Shown: positions 14,301 to 26,410 of the stretch, piece after piece
Numbering within the stretch: the stretch's first letter is position 1
How the letters are laid out: every line of letters starts with the position of its first letter
DNA from: Lama guanicoe
Taxonomy: Eukaryota
Length of the DNA stretch: 53,795 nucleotides
Assembly: GCA_013239625.1 (NCBI GenBank)
Contig: MU053810.1
Span: 6,978,122 to 7,031,916, forward strand
Direction: 5' to 3'
Notes under the pieces: generated by a model
Database searches by the model: none
What the model was told of the DNA's origin: nothing
What the model saw: the letters and a program-made list of their open reading frames with translations, nothing else
Translations under genes and position numbers: made by a program

Positions 14301-15507
14301 TTATGGGGAAAAGTTACAACAGATAGTGTAATGAAAGAAAATTAACTGGATTTCAATTAATTATGAGTATTTGTTAATGGTAAAAGGGAAAGAGACCACC
14401 GTCTTTGACAAAAAGGTAGGAAATCAACTTTTTGTTTGGGGAAAATAATCTTAGGGTCAGATCACATTTAAGCTAATCTGTGTTTTCTATAAATTCTACC
14501 TATAATAAATTCTTTCTATAATTCTACCTATATAATAAAACTAGATGAATCCTATGATTGCTTAGAGGCACTATAATATCCTTTGGCATAAAAAAGAAAG
14601 TCATTGTCCTTATACTAAATTTGCTGTTTTAGAAAATGGGGAGGGGGGCAGGATGAGAAAGACTTTTAGCCAAGAAGATTAATTTTCTCTTGAACTGAAG
14701 AAGTATTTCATAGAACAGCTTATTCACTGAAGTTTTTTCATAGGTCAAGTTTTAGGAAGAAAGACTTATTAGATAAGTGAAATGCCTAGTCAAAGTAGAA
14801 ATTACACCTAGAAAAGGTTTTTTGCTAAAAGCTGAAAAGTGAATAAGACCAAAGGATCAGGAAAACAAGGCAGTGCATATGCCATAGCTGTGCTGGGCAA
14901 GAGCCTAATAATGCTTTTGGCTGCAAAACCTCCCAAGCATAGTTCCAGGGCCGGTGAACTCCCTATTTGCATGTAGTGGCCATCAGGCTGCTGAAGTTAT
15001 CAAAATTCCAATGTACCATTTTAGTAATTCTGTTTAACCCTGTGAACATCAATGCAGAACTGAAGAGAAATCACACAAGGTGCTAATGCTTCCTTATCAA
15101 CCAAATGCAAAATAACACCAACATACTTCTCAGCATCCCAGTATATTACAAATTCAATAAAACACAGTGCTTGTTTGGGAAAGTGTAGCCTTAAAATCCT
15201 CAACAGTGAACAACAAACTACTGCTTTTCTGAAGTTGAAAGTAAAATTTGACTTATCTGGGAGCTGAGTCTGTAAAATCACTCTAGTGAGGGCATTAGTT
15301 CCCTCCCCGGAGGGTAGGCCTAAACTCTTGTCATTTACTTAGCAGTCTTGGAAATCCCATTTCTGCTTCTGAATGCATGTTCTAGAAAGTGGCAAGAAAA
15401 TGCTGTAGCACTGTTTCATCACACTAAATAGCCTTCTTTGAAGATGTAAAGCCAACTAGAGAGGTAAATCAAAGACAGGTTGTTCTTTTAAGAGTAAGGA
15501 AAGAAGA

Positions 15508-15626
15508 GGGGAGGGTGTAACTCAGTGGTAGAGTGCATGCACAGTATGCATGGGGTCCTGGGTTCAATCCCCAGTACCTCCATCAAAATAAATAAGTAAA
15601 CCTAATCCCTCCCTAAAAAATAAAAA
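15508..15626 (+). mobile_element. tRNA-derived SINE, camelid Vic-1 type
   Basis: Same A/B box head as the copy at 1224, an A-rich tail, and TSD-like aagagtaagga / aagaataagga. Confidence 0.88.
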
Positions 15627-18606
15627 AGAATAAGGAGCATTAGGATGCCTAAAAATTGGTACCTTGAGGGAAATTACACAAGTATATTGAGGCCCTTGGT
15701 TCAGAAACCTGTGAAACAGCTTCTTGTTGAATTTTAAGTAAATTTATTCTTATTTTGAAATGGAGTTCTCATTTCCATTAGTGTATATACTTAATTCAGT
15801 GTACATTGAGAGGGCTTTCTCTAAATATCCTGTGAATAAATGACCATGATAAAGTCAAACACTGAATATATATGAACATGATCCCCATTTAAATAAGTAT
15901 ACATTAACTGATTTCAGCATTATAATCAGAATTTCACAAGTTAAAGTGACACATTTAATTATGTATATAGTCACAGCATTTAAATTGAAAGGAACCAACA
16001 AGTAACCTAGTCCAACCCCTTTTAATTTACAGATGAGGAAACCAGTTTAGAAAGGCTGCCCATGGTAACACCATAGTCAAGGGTATGGTCCAGGCTAGGA
16101 CCAACATCTTCTGTCTTCAAGGCCAGTATTTCTTCCATGATCCACTATCATTACAGGCCATCAAAATAATTAGGAATGAAACTAAACCATTATATACATT
16201 ATGAATTACTATAAATCATATGACTTTAATACAGCTAAACTAAGAAACCGTATGTTTGGATAGGGACAGTATTTAGGAAAATAGAAGCTATGATACAAAA
16301 TATATACCGAGCTTTCCATGTGATGACAGTTCTTCACATAGTCTTTATCGAATCCCAAAGGAGATATACTTTACTATTTACAGTTTACAGATGAAATAAT
16401 TGAGACTGAAAAGTCTCAATAGCAAAAGTCCATCTAAAAACTCTTTGATCCATTACCCAGGTAGACAACTCTGTGCTGTACCTGCAGGTTACCTCTTCAA
16501 CCACTACCAGTACCCATGAGAGACATAAGACATGGTTGGCCTAGAGCAAGATGGTAATTTCTCTAATGCTATGTGAATCATCCTCTTTTGTTGAAAGCAG
16601 AGATCTGTACTGGAATCTCTGATGGAGGTGTGTGGGCATATGTTTGTGAAGGAGAGAAAGTGAAGTGACCCCTCAGGAGTCAGTGACTCAGTGACACCAA
16701 TTTTAATTACATTAGTTTCTAAAAGGGGGTTTCCACACTATTGTGATCTTTCCTTCATTAACCGATTGCCTTTTTTTTTTAACCAAACCTCAGGTCTGAC
16801 ATTCACTTGGTTTCCTCTTCTGCATGTTACACTCCTATCAGTATCATTTCCACAACATACTGCATTTATGTGTATCAGCACTGATTCCAGAGCCGCCTTG
16901 TGGCCCATTTGGAGAGGCCACTTAAGAACTCATAGAACAAGGAGTTATAAAGGCATCTGGATATCATCAAGTCCATTTCCACATTTTAATTGTGTAGAAA
17001 CTGACTGTCAGGTAACACAGCCAGTCAGAGGCAAAACTGGGACTTGTGGCAAAGTTGTAACTGAAGTCTAATATTCTTCTCTCTATATAACATACTTGAT
17101 TACATGATTGGTCTAAAAGAACAAGCGTCTACCACTTACTTGGCCAAATATGTTCATTATTTCAAGCCAATACCATGTTACATTTTTTAATAACAGAATA
17201 AAAACAAAATTGGTGATCAAGAGATAGCGGCATAGGGTAGTAGAAAGTACAGCCTCATGACTAGGTAGATCTAAATTTGATTCAGGCTCCCTAATTCACT
17301 AGCTATGTTCCCTTAAGCAAGTTGCTCAACTTTTTGAAGTTCTAACTACCTGAGAATACTAAAAATTAAATGCAGTGGGATTTATATCTAAAGTCTGACA
17401 TGTAGTAGATGCTCAATATGTATCAGTTCCCATTAATTATAACCCACCCTGAAGAGCTACACCACCCTAGCAAATTCCTTTAGCCCTTTGGGTCTGTTTC
17501 TCCACTGTGCAATGAGAAGACGAAAGACATCAAATGAATTCCAAAATTCCTTACTGCTCATAAAGTAAGAATTAGGTCTCAAAGTTCCCTTTACCTTAAT
17601 TTAAATTCAACAAACACTTGCATTCATCCTAGGCGCTGAACATTTCCAGCCACCACCAGGAAGGTATCTATGGTTTTGCAAAATGAGATCCAATTCCATA
17701 GTACTTTAAGTTCCACACAGAAAAATTAATATGCAAAACTAAAAGACTTAACTTTAAAGAAAACTCTACGAAGACATCACAAACCTAATGTGATAAATAA
17801 AAGTAATTTAGGGTATACCTTAAATTGTTACTTTTTTTTTTTTTTTTGCTGGAATGGAAGATGGGACCTAAAATATTTAAACTGTTAAGTCTATAACAAA
17901 AGACTCATGAGCCATTTAGGTAAAGCAACTAATGCCACTTTTGGGGAGGGGGAAGAAATGAGCAGTAAATTTCTCTTCCCATGTGAGTTTTATGCCAGGA
18001 CTTAAAATTTAAGAAACTTGTGTCATTCTGAAACAGAGGGGAATAAAATTTATTCTGAGAGGTGTTTTACAGTGATAAGCATTAATATAAGACGATAATT
18101 GAGCATGTTCTCCACATTACTTTTGAATTTCATGTATCGGATTTATACTCTCTAAAAATAAAATGTAATTTAAATGCTTGAATCTTGTATGCTAGACCTG
18201 AGGAAACTGTAGCTGAAATATTAACTGAAATTAAATGAAAATCTTAACTACAAAGTTTCTTCTCTTCTTCCATGAGGAAATCATTACCAATAGATTTTTT
18301 GATACTGATTTTTAAAAGCCTTATTTTTGCAAATAACATTCTGTAGATTCAAAATGTATTTAAAATCATGATTAAGAGCTTCCATGGCTTCCCAAAAATT
18401 CATTTGTGGTTTACCCTGTTACCATACCTGTCATATACTATTCACTTACATTATAAAATTTTAGAATACACATCTTAGGTGATAAAACATCAACAATATA
18501 AAAAACCTTTGCCTTTTATGAGTTTGAAGAGACAGAAAAGACACATTGAAATATTTTTTCTTAAATGTTTAAAGTAAACAATATAATATTTTTTAAAAAA
18601 TCAGCA

Positions 18607-19690
18607 GTTGTATAAACAGCTCATACAACTTAATAAAAAAACTAACCATCCAATCCAAAAATGGGCAGAAGACCTAAGCAAGCAGTTCTCCAAGGAAGGC
18701 ATACAAATGGCTAGTAGGCACATGAAAAAAATGTTCCGTATCGCTAATTATCAGAGAAATGCAAATCAGAACTACAATGAGGTATCACTTCACATCAGTC
18801 AGAATGGCCATCATTAAAAAGTCCATTAATGATAAATGCTAGAGGAAGTGTGGAGAAAAGGGAACCCTCCTAGGAATGTAGTTTGGTGCAGTTGTTATGG
18901 AAAACAATATGGAGATTCCTTAAAAAAACTGAAAATAGACTTTCCATATGACCCAGCAATCCCACTCCTGGGCATATATCCAGAAGGAACCTTAATTCGA
19001 AAAGATACCTGCATCCCAATGTTCATAGTAGCACTATTTACAATAGCCAAAATGGAAACAACCTAAATGTCCATTATCAGATGACTGGATAAAGAAGTTG
19101 TGGTATATTTATACAATGGAACACAAAGAATGGCATCTGCTGATCTTTCCTCTTCTGAGCAAACAATATGGCAAAGACTCAAAGCTTGGCTCAGCTCTTA
19201 CTAATAGGATCCTGCAGGAATCAGGAGGAAATGAGATTATACAAAAAATAATAAAATAATGCCATTTGCAACAACATGGATGAACCTAAGATTGTCATTG
19301 TAAGTGAAATAAGCCAGAAAGAGAAAGAAAAATACCATATGATATCACGTATGTGGAATCTCAAAAAAAAAAAAAAAGACAAACTTATTTACAAAACAGA
19401 AACAGACTCACAGACATAGAAAACAAACTGATGGTTACCAGTTGGGGAAGAGAATAGGAAGGGGTAAATTGGGAGTGTGAGATTTGCAGACACAACTACT
19501 ATATATCAAGTAGATAAACAAGTTTCAACTGTACAGCACAGGGAACTATATTTAGTATCTTGTAGTAACCTATAATGAAAAAAATATGAAAATGAATATA
19601 CGTATGTATATGTATGACTGAATTATTATGTTGTACACCAGAAATTGACACAACATTGTAAACTGACTATATTTCAATTAGAAAAAAACA
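18607..19690 (+). mobile_element. Relatively young, 5'-truncated LINE-1 (ORF2 C-terminus plus 3' UTR)
   Basis: Peptides [22 protein letters not shown] and PYDPAIPLLGIYP are L1 ORF2 C-terminal motifs. The 3' UTR ends in caacattgtaaactgactatatttcaat plus an A tail. Confidence 0.95.
19128..19240 (+). repeat. 113-bp exact direct copy of 20817-20929, inserted in an L1
   Basis: Base-by-base identity from gaatggcatctgctgatc to ggaaatgagattat, offset 1689. Confidence 0.97.
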
Positions 19691-20464
19691 ATAGCTGTGT
19701 TATATGGGCTTTTTTTTTCTTTTTTGTCCTAAAAGATGATAGAAAGTAAACTATGCCCCCAACATAAGTTGTGTGCAGAGGTCCAGAGAGCCACAGAAAT
19801 GTGCTTTAAGCATATATTTATGGCAAGCATAGTGTGAACCAGAGGCAGAAGGCCTGGATCCTATTTCTGTTGTTAAAAACTTGATATGTGATTTTTGGGC
19901 AAGTCACTCCACCTTTCTGATCTGCTCCTTTATCTGTGAAACAGGAGGAACCATCTGACCTAGGATTTCTTCCAGTTCCTATAATTAACATCTGTGTGAA
20001 TCCTCAATACTGCACCTGAGGGGCACGGGACATGGGTAGAAGCACTCACAGGAGAACGCTTACTCTGCTGTTCATCCATGCTGCCAGGAGGGGCCAGATT
20101 CTGTAGAGAGCCAGACACTAAATGGCCTGGCTTCATGCCTTGGCCAAAGAACACCATCGATGACTATGAGGGCACTTAAAGAGACTCAGCCAGAAGAAAC
20201 AAACTATTTTCTGAACATAGTCCAAGAACTAGGTAGGGGGTATGTGAGCCTTCACAACCTCAGACCCCTTGTGTTTCCAGCCTTTTATCTTGGCTAGCAG
20301 AAGGCCTGAGTTCATTTAGGTGACCTGTACTTTCTAAGCCTTCAGAGACATACTTCTGAAAATAAATGGTTCTCATCCCCAGCCCCTTGTCTGACCCTTG
20401 AAAGTACATATATTTTTACACAGCAGCTATAATACATGCAGCACTCTTAGGGCACCTTCATTAG

Positions 20465-20690
20465 ACAGGTTAGCATAGTGGTTAAAAGTATGAAATGAGC
20501 TCAAATCCTGGCTCTACTACTTAGCTGCTTTGTGATCTTGGGAAAGAAACTTACTCTCTCTGTTCTTCAGGTTCCCTTTTGGTAAAATAGGGAAATTAAT
20601 AAAACCTAATTTCATAGAATGTTGTGAAGATTGATCAAGATAATGCATGCAAAGCAGTTAGCATGGAGTGTAACATAAAATATATGTTAG
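20465..20690. mobile_element. MIR SINE; other MIR-like fragments at ~15970-16140, ~17225-17430, ~19825-19980, ~27670-27830 and ~45260-45390
   Basis: gcatagtggttaa...tcaaatcctggctctactactta gctg...tgtgatcttggg...cttactctctctgttcttcag...gtaaaatagg...gttgtgaagatt. Confidence 0.75.
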
Positions 20691-20694
20691 TAAG

Positions 20695-20695
<1 letters not shown>

Positions 20696-20739
<44 letters not shown>
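20696..20739. repeat. (GATA)11 microsatellite
   Basis: Read directly. Confidence 0.95.
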
Positions 20740-20741
<2 letters not shown>

Positions 20742-22440
20742 ATCCATCTTTCAATCCTGGGAACTGGGACTCCCTGAAAAGGCTTATGTGAAGGCCAAAA
20801 GCAATTTTCTGGAAGTGAATGGCATCTGCTGATCTTTCCTCTTCTGAGCAAACAATATGGCAAAGACTCAAAGCTTGGCTCAGCTCTTACTAATAGGATC
20901 CTGCAGGAATCAGGAGGAAATGAGATTATCCTTAAAGTAGGAAAGAGTTATGCTGGTTTAAGACAAGATCCTTGTGAAAGAGATAGAAAGACACACACAC
21001 ACACAAAAACAGTTAATATGGTCCTACAGAATCAAAGGAAAGGGGTTGCTTTTCATTTATGCCTTCTCAAGCATTGCCAGTATAAAGCTGCAGAATTTTA
21101 TAACTGGATGGTTCCTTCGAGACCATCTAGTTTAACTCCCTTACTTGATAAGTAGCTGAGGCCCAGAAAGATAAAGCAACTTATTTGAGGTCATTCAGCA
21201 GTAAATGACAGTGCCAAGACAAACAAGCTGACTCCTCCCATTTGCCCACCCAGTGCTCCTGCTGGTATCTTCCAAGTCATCATCCTGTCTTTGTGCCAAA
21301 AGGGCATTAAAACGTGCGCGCGCACACACGGTTTCTCACTTTTGCCCAGTTTCCCAAGAGGTAGAGAAGCAGATCAACCCCTAAAACCTTCTTCCCACTG
21401 GAATTTGAAGAGGATTCCAATCTATACCCTCTCCCAGGCCCTCTTTGGAGTTTCTGCTCTCCTTTGTGTTCACGTTCACTCTTAAGGGCTCTTAGGAGTT
21501 CCTCGCCCCAAAGATCAGGTACATCTCAGAGCATAAGTTACCACCTGCTAATTTGCAACTTTGCACCTTCCCACAAATGCTATACCTTGAGGCAGGAAAA
21601 TACAGAACTATTATTGTTTCCTCCAAGCTCCCTAATTGAATTCAGTGAGAACTGACCCCTACCTCCCTAGGATAACTCAACCAGGTTTGTTTATATAGTG
21701 TCTTTATGTGAAGGGCAGGAGAAACCTTAGGTCTGCCTAACTCTGAAAGCAGGAGAAAGAGGGCACCAAGGAATAGGAGATGGATTGGGGGAAGGAGGGA
21801 GATGAGTAGAAGGAACAGTGACCAAATTGCAAAGCCTGGATCCTGGGACAGCTATACTGCGAGACCGACTCCCCGCTGAGGAGACAGAACTGCCAGGGGT
21901 TTGCACTGTTTTCATTATGCGCTCTGGTAACTGACTAACAACAAACTGGCGCCCCTAAACTACACACGTAGGAGGAAGCGGGCAAAGGCTATCCCGAAGT
22001 AGCAGAAACAATGAACTCTTTTTCCTTCCTCTCCCTTTTCCACTCTCATGAGATGCTTGTCACTCTGCACCTTGCTGCGTACCCTAAGCGCACCAGATTT
22101 CGGTGCATCATCCCTGTCGGAGAACTCCTCTCTCTGATCTCTGGAGGGTTAGAAAGAAACAGGGCATACATATCTCAGCTCTACCAAGAGCTGCCCGTCC
22201 TTTGCCCCTTGCCGGAGAACTGATCTGAGAGAACAGCTTTCGCAGAGTGTTTGAAACTGACAAACGGGGGGCGCTTCTTGTCCCTAAGCACATAAGCCTG
22301 CCTGGGGTGTTCCTCAGCCTGGGTCTCTGCTTTGAGAGTGGGAGGCGTTAAGTGTCACAGCCATGCATTCCTTCCCCACACGCTCAACTAACCACGAACC
22401 GGAAGGAAGGCGTTGCTTTTTATCTTTTTTCCCTCCCTAC

Positions 22441-23342
22441 CTGAATTCCGGGACCAGGTTAGGCTGCAACCCGTAGAAAGCAGCGGAGAGAGTGACCAGC
22501 CACCCGGGCTTGTAACTCCCGTTCTCGCACTCCAGATAAGGCGGGGACCACTTGACATGGCTCTTGTCCCCGCTAAGCCCGTCCCTGCGCCGCCAGCTAT
22601 GGCCCAGGCCCCGGGGCCCCTGATTGGAGCCGCGGCGGTGTAAGTGGGTCCTCCACTTGCGCCGGAGGCCGTGGAACCACTCGGTCTCCAGCGTGGCGTT
22701 GGCCAGGTGGTGTGCCGAGGAGGACAGGTCCTGGAGCAGTATGCGACTCTCCTCGCGTGTAGCCTGGAGGAAGACCTGCGGGGCCGGCGCGGACAGTGAC
22801 TCCGTGCTGAAGGTGATGGCCGCCCGGGAGATGCTGGGCTCACCCTCCAGGAGGCTCCGCACTAGTGCCTGGTACCACTCCAGGTCATCCTGCAAGTTCT
22901 GCTCCCGCGACTTATTGCTCTGCAGCATCATGTTGAGGAAGTTGGTGGCGTGTGTCAGCGTGTCCAGCGCCCCGTGCAAGGAGGGATGGGAGCTGGCTAG
23001 GGCAGGCGACTTTCCCGGCAGGCCCGCCAACTCGTAGCGACTGGAGCAGTTGGCTCGCTTCAGCTGGTGGGAGTCCCCGGTGTAGAGGTAAGAGGCCACG
23101 TCCATGGGCACCTCCTCAGCGAGTTTCTGCGCCAAGATGGTGCCGTCGGTGGAGCGGCTCCAGGGAGCTGAGGGGTCCGAGGCAGAGGCTCGAGCCGACT
23201 GTTGGGAGTGCTGCTTCGCCCTCAGGGTCCTCTCACGAGGGGAATCCGGCCGACCCGGAGGGTCGCGGCTAGCGCCAACAACTCCCAATCCCAGATGAAT
23301 GAGCAGGATGCAGAAGAGTAAGGGGTAAGCCATGGCTCCCAT
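22441..23342 (-). CDS. GPR158: GPR158 (class C orphan GPCR / metabotropic glycine receptor), first coding exon: signal peptide and N-terminal extracellular Cache-domain region
   Basis: The ORF MGAMAYPLLFCILLIHLGLGVVGASRD...LAQKLAEEVPMDVASYLYTGD...KWSPPYLECENGSYKPGWLVTLSAAFYGLQPNLVPEFR is recognisably the GPR158 N-terminus. It ends at a canonical donor (TTCAG|gtaggg) after 902 coding nt. The stop given in the ORF track is intronic, and I found no exon 2 in the window. Confidence 0.97.
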
Positions 23343-23677
23343 CTGCCTCGCAGAGCGGTGAGGAGGTAACGGGAGGAGTCACTTTTAAAATTTTGGTCGT
23401 CAGCCTATCAACAGAACGACTTTTACTAGGGGTCTTGCCCCTGCTCCAGATGGCACCTAGTCCAAAAGGACTTTAAAGTAAAAATGTTACGAAATACGCC
23501 TGGCTGACTAAGCTACCGTCACAGGAAATCAAATCACCTGTGGCAACGCTGGCATTGGGTCCGCTCAGGGTTACGCACCTCGCAGCCTTGAGCCGAAAAG
23601 GTTACATCCCCTCTCGCTACCGCCAGCGATAGTTAGCCTGCTTACGTCTTTCTGCTCAGCAGCTTCCACCGCCGCTT

Positions 23678-23697
23678 TCATTGAGGTGTGTTCGAGA

Positions 23698-23728
<31 letters not shown>

Positions 23729-23782
23729 CTGCTGCCGCCGCTGCTGCTGCCGCCGCGGCCGCCGAAGACGCTGCTCCATCAT
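23678..23782 (-). CDS. Candidate upstream ORF in the GPR158 leader, 34 aa, polyQ/Arg-rich (MMEQRLRRPRRQQQRRQQKQQQQQQQQQLSNTPQ*)
   Basis: Hand translation. The second ATG has strong Kozak context (ATGATGG: A at -3, G at +4). It is translated only if the TSS lies above 23782. Confidence 0.4.
23698..23764. repeat. Compound trinucleotide repeat (GCT)10 TCT GCT (GCC)2 (GCT)3 (GCC)2..., read as CAG/CGG on the GPR158 sense strand
   Basis: Read directly from the sequence. Confidence 0.95.
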
Positions 23783-26104
23783 CTCACCCGTGGCAGGTCG
23801 TTCCCGCCTCCCGGCAGTGGCTCCTCCTCATTCGCTTCGCCCCAAGGCGCGGGACGCGCGCACACGGACCCGCACCGCGAGCGCAGCAGCGAGTCCCAGA
23901 GAGCAAGGGTTTCTGTTAAGACGTTTGTCTCTCCTGAGCCGAGGGGGCCAGTCAGCTGGCTAATTGGAGCCTTCAGGTTTGGCCGCAAACCGCACTTCTG
24001 CCTCTCGGTGCTCTCGGGAGGAAAGCCGGTTTAAAGAGGCAGCTTGGCCGCAACCAAACCCTTGTAGGGCGGCTTCGAGTTGTCTTGCTCCCTGTTTGGC
24101 CGGCTGCGCTGTCAATCAGCCGACTGCCATTTGCTGGGCTGGGCGGGAGTCCAGCGCCGAACCCTCGGCGGCTCGGAGGAGGCGCAGGAGGAGGCGGTGG
24201 CGCGCAGTGTAGCCGCGCTGAGTCTTTTCAACCCACTCGCGTTCCCTGGTGACTCGAGAGCCCGAGTGGCGGGGGAAAGGGTGGGCGGGAGTGAGGGGAT
24301 AAGCAAAGCTTGGCTGGCTCAGAGCGAAGGAAACTTGCGCGTACTGAGGAGGAGGGTGTTGGCGTCTTGCATGCTTACTTCAAGCAGCCTTTTTTGCCTG
24401 GAAAAGAGGGAGAAAGTAGTTTCATTGGAGACTTAAATCGAAGGGGAGGGACGTAGGATGGAGACGTGTCCTTCCGAGCATCTGCTCATTTTAGGCAAAT
24501 TATCAAATCTTCCTCCTTGTTGTCGGTTAAAGAAATGATTAAACCCTGCTTGCCTAGGTCCTAGCTATAAGGAAGTAATGGAGACACCTACAGGCTGAAC
24601 TTTAAGAAAAAGTGCCATATTTAAGGAACCTCTGAAAGGGATGAAGGGGAACCTGTGAGAGTGTGGGCACGTGAGGGAGACAACATGGGCAGGGTCAGGA
24701 CTCGGACTGTGAGAGAATGAAAGAGACTGAGTCTGTGTTGAGTGAGAAGGGAAGGCGTTCTGATTGGGAATTCCTAGCATTAGTGGATGTAAGAACTAAA
24801 ACGTCTGGTTGGGGTATCCCAGCTGAAGAAAGACAAGCTGAATAAGTATGACAAGCTCCCCCCAAAATGACTGGAAAATCCCTTAACACAGCCTCATTGT
24901 TTTATTTGAAGCTTTCAGAGTGTCTTCTGACATTTTCATTCTGGAAATACTAATTAGTGCTGGATAGGTAGTGTTTTATGCACTTGCACCTTCCATATGC
25001 GCTTCCATTTTCAAATTCCCCAAGAAAAGCATATGGAAAAATCTCAAATTCACTTCAATTCCCAACTAAAAAGAAAAAAAAAAGAAGTCCCCGTGTCATT
25101 TTAAGGTAGCTCTGCTTAGATTTACTTTGCCATCTTATTTTGTCCTCCTTGTTGAGAAAATACCTGAACATGGAAATGTAAGCCCTAAAGAGCAAAGATT
25201 TGTCTGCATTGGTCACCGTAGTATCTTGGGCACCTAGTTCCAAATAAATGTTTACCAAATTAATGAATGAACCAGAAGATTATGATGATGATGCTAATTA
25301 TTTAAAAATCCATCTCCTTACCTAAGAAGAGAAGTCTGATACGTCAGTGGTGAGGGCTTTTGAAATAAGACATAGCAATCAGTTTTCCAAACTGCAATGT
25401 GTGGTCTCCAAGGGAGTTTTTATAGCTATGCAAATAATCATTATTAGATTTGTGTTTATTTACAAGTAGGTTTCATGTTCATATTTGACTTCTTAAAATT
25501 TTGCTTTGCAACATACACTCCTTTACTAAATAAAGGTCATCTCATTTTAATCCTCTACTATAGTACATGTGGCAGTAATAACAGGAATCTCTGTTTCTTT
25601 AATTTATCAATGTATACAATATGATTTTCTCTCTATTTAATCATCTGAAGACTGAAGTGTAATTTCCTTATTAATTGATTTTTTAGAAAGCCTGCATAAC
25701 TTATTAAAAAATCTTTAAATTTTTCTAGTATCACATTTTGAAAGGCAAGATGTAATTTTATTAGTAGGTGCTTCTATAAGTAATTCAATGACTCAGTATT
25801 ATTGAAAGACCTGGGTTCTGGTCCCAGCATTATTTTAAGCAACATATATGACCACTGGCAAGACATTTAAAGTTTCTGTGTCTTGGGACACGAACTGTAT
25901 GTGGGCCTCATGATTTGACATTGAGGGAGTCCTGGAATGGCACCTGAGCCACTCCCCAGAAGTGCCAGCCCTTCCCCTAGCACACATCTACCAAGAGTGA
26001 AGCAGGCTATGAAAGGCTCTTGCAATTTTGACATTCCCTTCAGTGGATCACCTTCAGTCTACATCGCCAAACAATAGAGGTGAACTAGTTAGGTCTAGAA
26101 CATC

Positions 26105-26410
26105 ATTGCCCAATAGAAATATAATGTGAGCCACAAATTTGATCAATACATATAACCTTAAATGTTCCAGTAGTACATTTAAAAAGTAAAAAGAAAAAAA
26201 TGAAATTAAATGTAATAATATATTTTATTTAGCCTAATGTGTCATTTCAATAATTAAACAATGTAACAATTATTAATGAGATATTCTATCTTTTTTGTAC
26301 TAAATTTTCAAAATCCAATGTGTATTTTATACTCACAGCATATGGCACTTCACACTAGTCACATTTCACATGCTCAATAACCACCTGTGGCCAGAGGCTA
26401 CCATAGAACT
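26105..26410. mobile_element. MER33-like hAT-Charlie DNA transposon
   Basis: ccaatagaaatataatgtgagccaca...attattaatgagatatt...ctagtcacatttca...ccacctgtggccagaggctacc. Confidence 0.75.

Larger units (their letters stand above)
1..22440 (-). other. GPR158: GPR158 intron 1 (partial, continues beyond the window)
   Basis: Lies downstream of the exon 1 donor at 22440 on the minus strand. AT-rich, repeat-dense, with no further GPR158 peptide seen. Confidence 0.9.
22400..24480. promoter_or_regulatory. CpG island / GPR158 promoter and 5' UTR
   Basis: Sharp rise in GC and CpG density against AT-rich flanks. CCAAT on the minus strand at ~23963-23967 and GC-box-like GGGCGG motifs at ~24067, ~24141 and ~24283. 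Confidence 0.9.

Noticed and set aside
14487..14540. Short imperfect tandem duplication (aattctacctata twice)
   Set aside because: Ordinary slippage duplication in AT-rich DNA with no regular spacer structure. Not CRISPR-like.
18608..19066. Functional reverse transcriptase / L1 ORF2
   Set aside because: 5'-truncated and frameshifted; only the C-terminal remnant is present.
22388..24436. Many overlapping ORFs (151, 137, 117, 118 aa; poly-Leu/Ala/Cys)
   Set aside because: These are shadow frames of the GC-rich GPR158 exon, the CpG island and the trinucleotide repeat.
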